Assembly: GCA_944336125.1 (NCBI GenBank)
Contig: CALVLA010000001.1
Span: 96,414-160,413, forward strand
Reading direction: 5' to 3'
Length of the DNA stretch: 64,000 nt
DNA from: an uncultured Clostridia bacterium
GTDB lineage: Bacteria > Bacillota > Clostridia > Christensenellales > CAG-314
Part shown: positions 63,511 through 64,000 of the stretch, in pieces
Numbering within the stretch: the stretch's first letter is position 1
Layout of the letters: every line of letters starts with the position of its first letter
Made by a program: the position numbers and the translations under genes
Notes under the pieces: model-generated
The model's database searches: none
Seen by the model: only the letters and a program-made list of their open reading frames with translations
Told to the model about the DNA's origin: nothing

Positions 63511-64000
63511 TCAAAATTGATTTAGTTTTTCTTGCAGTTCCTTAACCAGCCTGCACACGTGAAAAGCGTCGCATACCGCGTGATGAACTTGCACCGCTAA
63601 CGGCATCAGGTATTTTCCGTCTGTTTCCGTAATTTTTCCGAAGGTAAAAATCGGAAGAAGATAATCGAAACCTTTTTGCAAATTGAGGTTAAACCCCTCA
63701 AATTTTTCCCAAGGTACCGCCGAAATGTTAAAACAGTTTTCCGGCATATCGGGTTTTGGAAAAAGCACTTCTCTCCCTCCGTAATTTTCGGCGTCTTTTA
63801 CGTAGTCGCTCAAAAACTTTTCATAGTCCCCGTCGGCGTTCGTCCACAAAACCGAAAAAGTTTCAGTCTTTTTGCTGAAAACCGTGTATGCCGGAACCAT
63901 AACGTCGAAAAACCCCAAACGTCCCTCTTTATCAAAACAAGTTTTAAATTCCTCATGACTGTTTACCGCTTTCGTAAGCGAATAAATAAGCGAAGGATAA
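63511..64000 (-). CDS. cat: Type-A chloramphenicol O-acetyltransferase, C-terminal ~160 aa (gene continues past the right edge)
   Basis: NISAVPWEKFEGFNLNLQKGFDYLLPIFTFGK and LAVQVHHAVCDAFHVCR match the CAT catalytic-His region. The frame stays open upstream of the track start (…SLTKAVNSHEEFKTCFDKEGRLGFFD…) to position 64000. Confidence 0.85.
   Translation of the reverse strand, partial: YPSLIYSLTKAVNSHEEFKTCFDKEGRLGFFDVMVPAYTVFSKKTETFSVLWTNADGDYEKFLSDYVKDAENYGGREVLFPKPDMPENCFNISAVPWEKFEGFNLNLQKGFDYLLPIFTFGKITETDGKYLMPLAVQVHHAVCDAFHVCRLVKELQEKLNQF

Noticed and set aside
1-64000. CRISPR arrays, rRNA genes, IS elements and known defence-system genes.
   Set aside because: No regularly spaced direct repeats, no rRNA-like sequence, and no transposase-, Cas-, restriction- or Abi-like ORFs were seen anywhere in the window.

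Overview
This 64 kb window is from an endospore-forming Firmicute (Clostridia-like) chromosome. All calls were made by eye from the ORF track and the raw sequence; no database search or computation was possible. About three quarters of the window is ordinary core genome, with gene content typical of origin-proximal regions in Firmicutes. On the minus strand the core genes are recR'-ybaB-dnaX, sigH-like, rlmB, thyX, mrnC, a CwlD-like amidase, tsaD, prfB, secA, recD2, metK (behind a SAM-I riboswitch), rpsF-ssb-rpsR, ktrAB/trkAH, a gerA-type germinant receptor operon, a split transketolase and leuS. On the plus strand they are bioY, fhs, ung and a cysK-like gene. The right third carries a cell-wall polysaccharide locus with priming sugar transferase, Wzm/Wzt-type ABC exporter, GT2, GT4, a GlfT2-like galactofuranosyltransferase and glf. 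It also carries a pstS-pstCA(fused)-pstB-phoU-phoP-phoR block with Pho boxes, and a truncated type-A chloramphenicol acetyltransferase at the right edge. The stand-out region is a visibly AT-richer accessory island of about 13.5 kb (34.8-48.4 kb), entirely on the minus strand. It sits directly downstream of a tRNA-Arg(CCT) gene that is flanked by partial copies of its own 5' and 3' halves. The island encodes a holin-like protein, two leaderless beta-rich proteins with a repeated CDGGCYCYC-type cysteine cluster, and two tandem divergent CysK-fold (PLP fold type II) proteins. It also encodes a 1479-aa signal-peptide-less RHS/YD protein with a hydrophobic, glycine-zipper-like C-terminal domain, two paralogous multi-TM candidate immunity proteins, and two GLUG-motif lipoproteins, one of them frameshifted in a T5 tract. 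I propose this as a candidate undescribed polymorphic-toxin delivery module. Smaller observations are a DnaA-box cluster at 5.2 kb, a BirA-operator-like palindrome over a possibly leaderless bioY promoter, and a lipoprotein with a monothiol thioredoxin-like signature inserted between secA and prfB.
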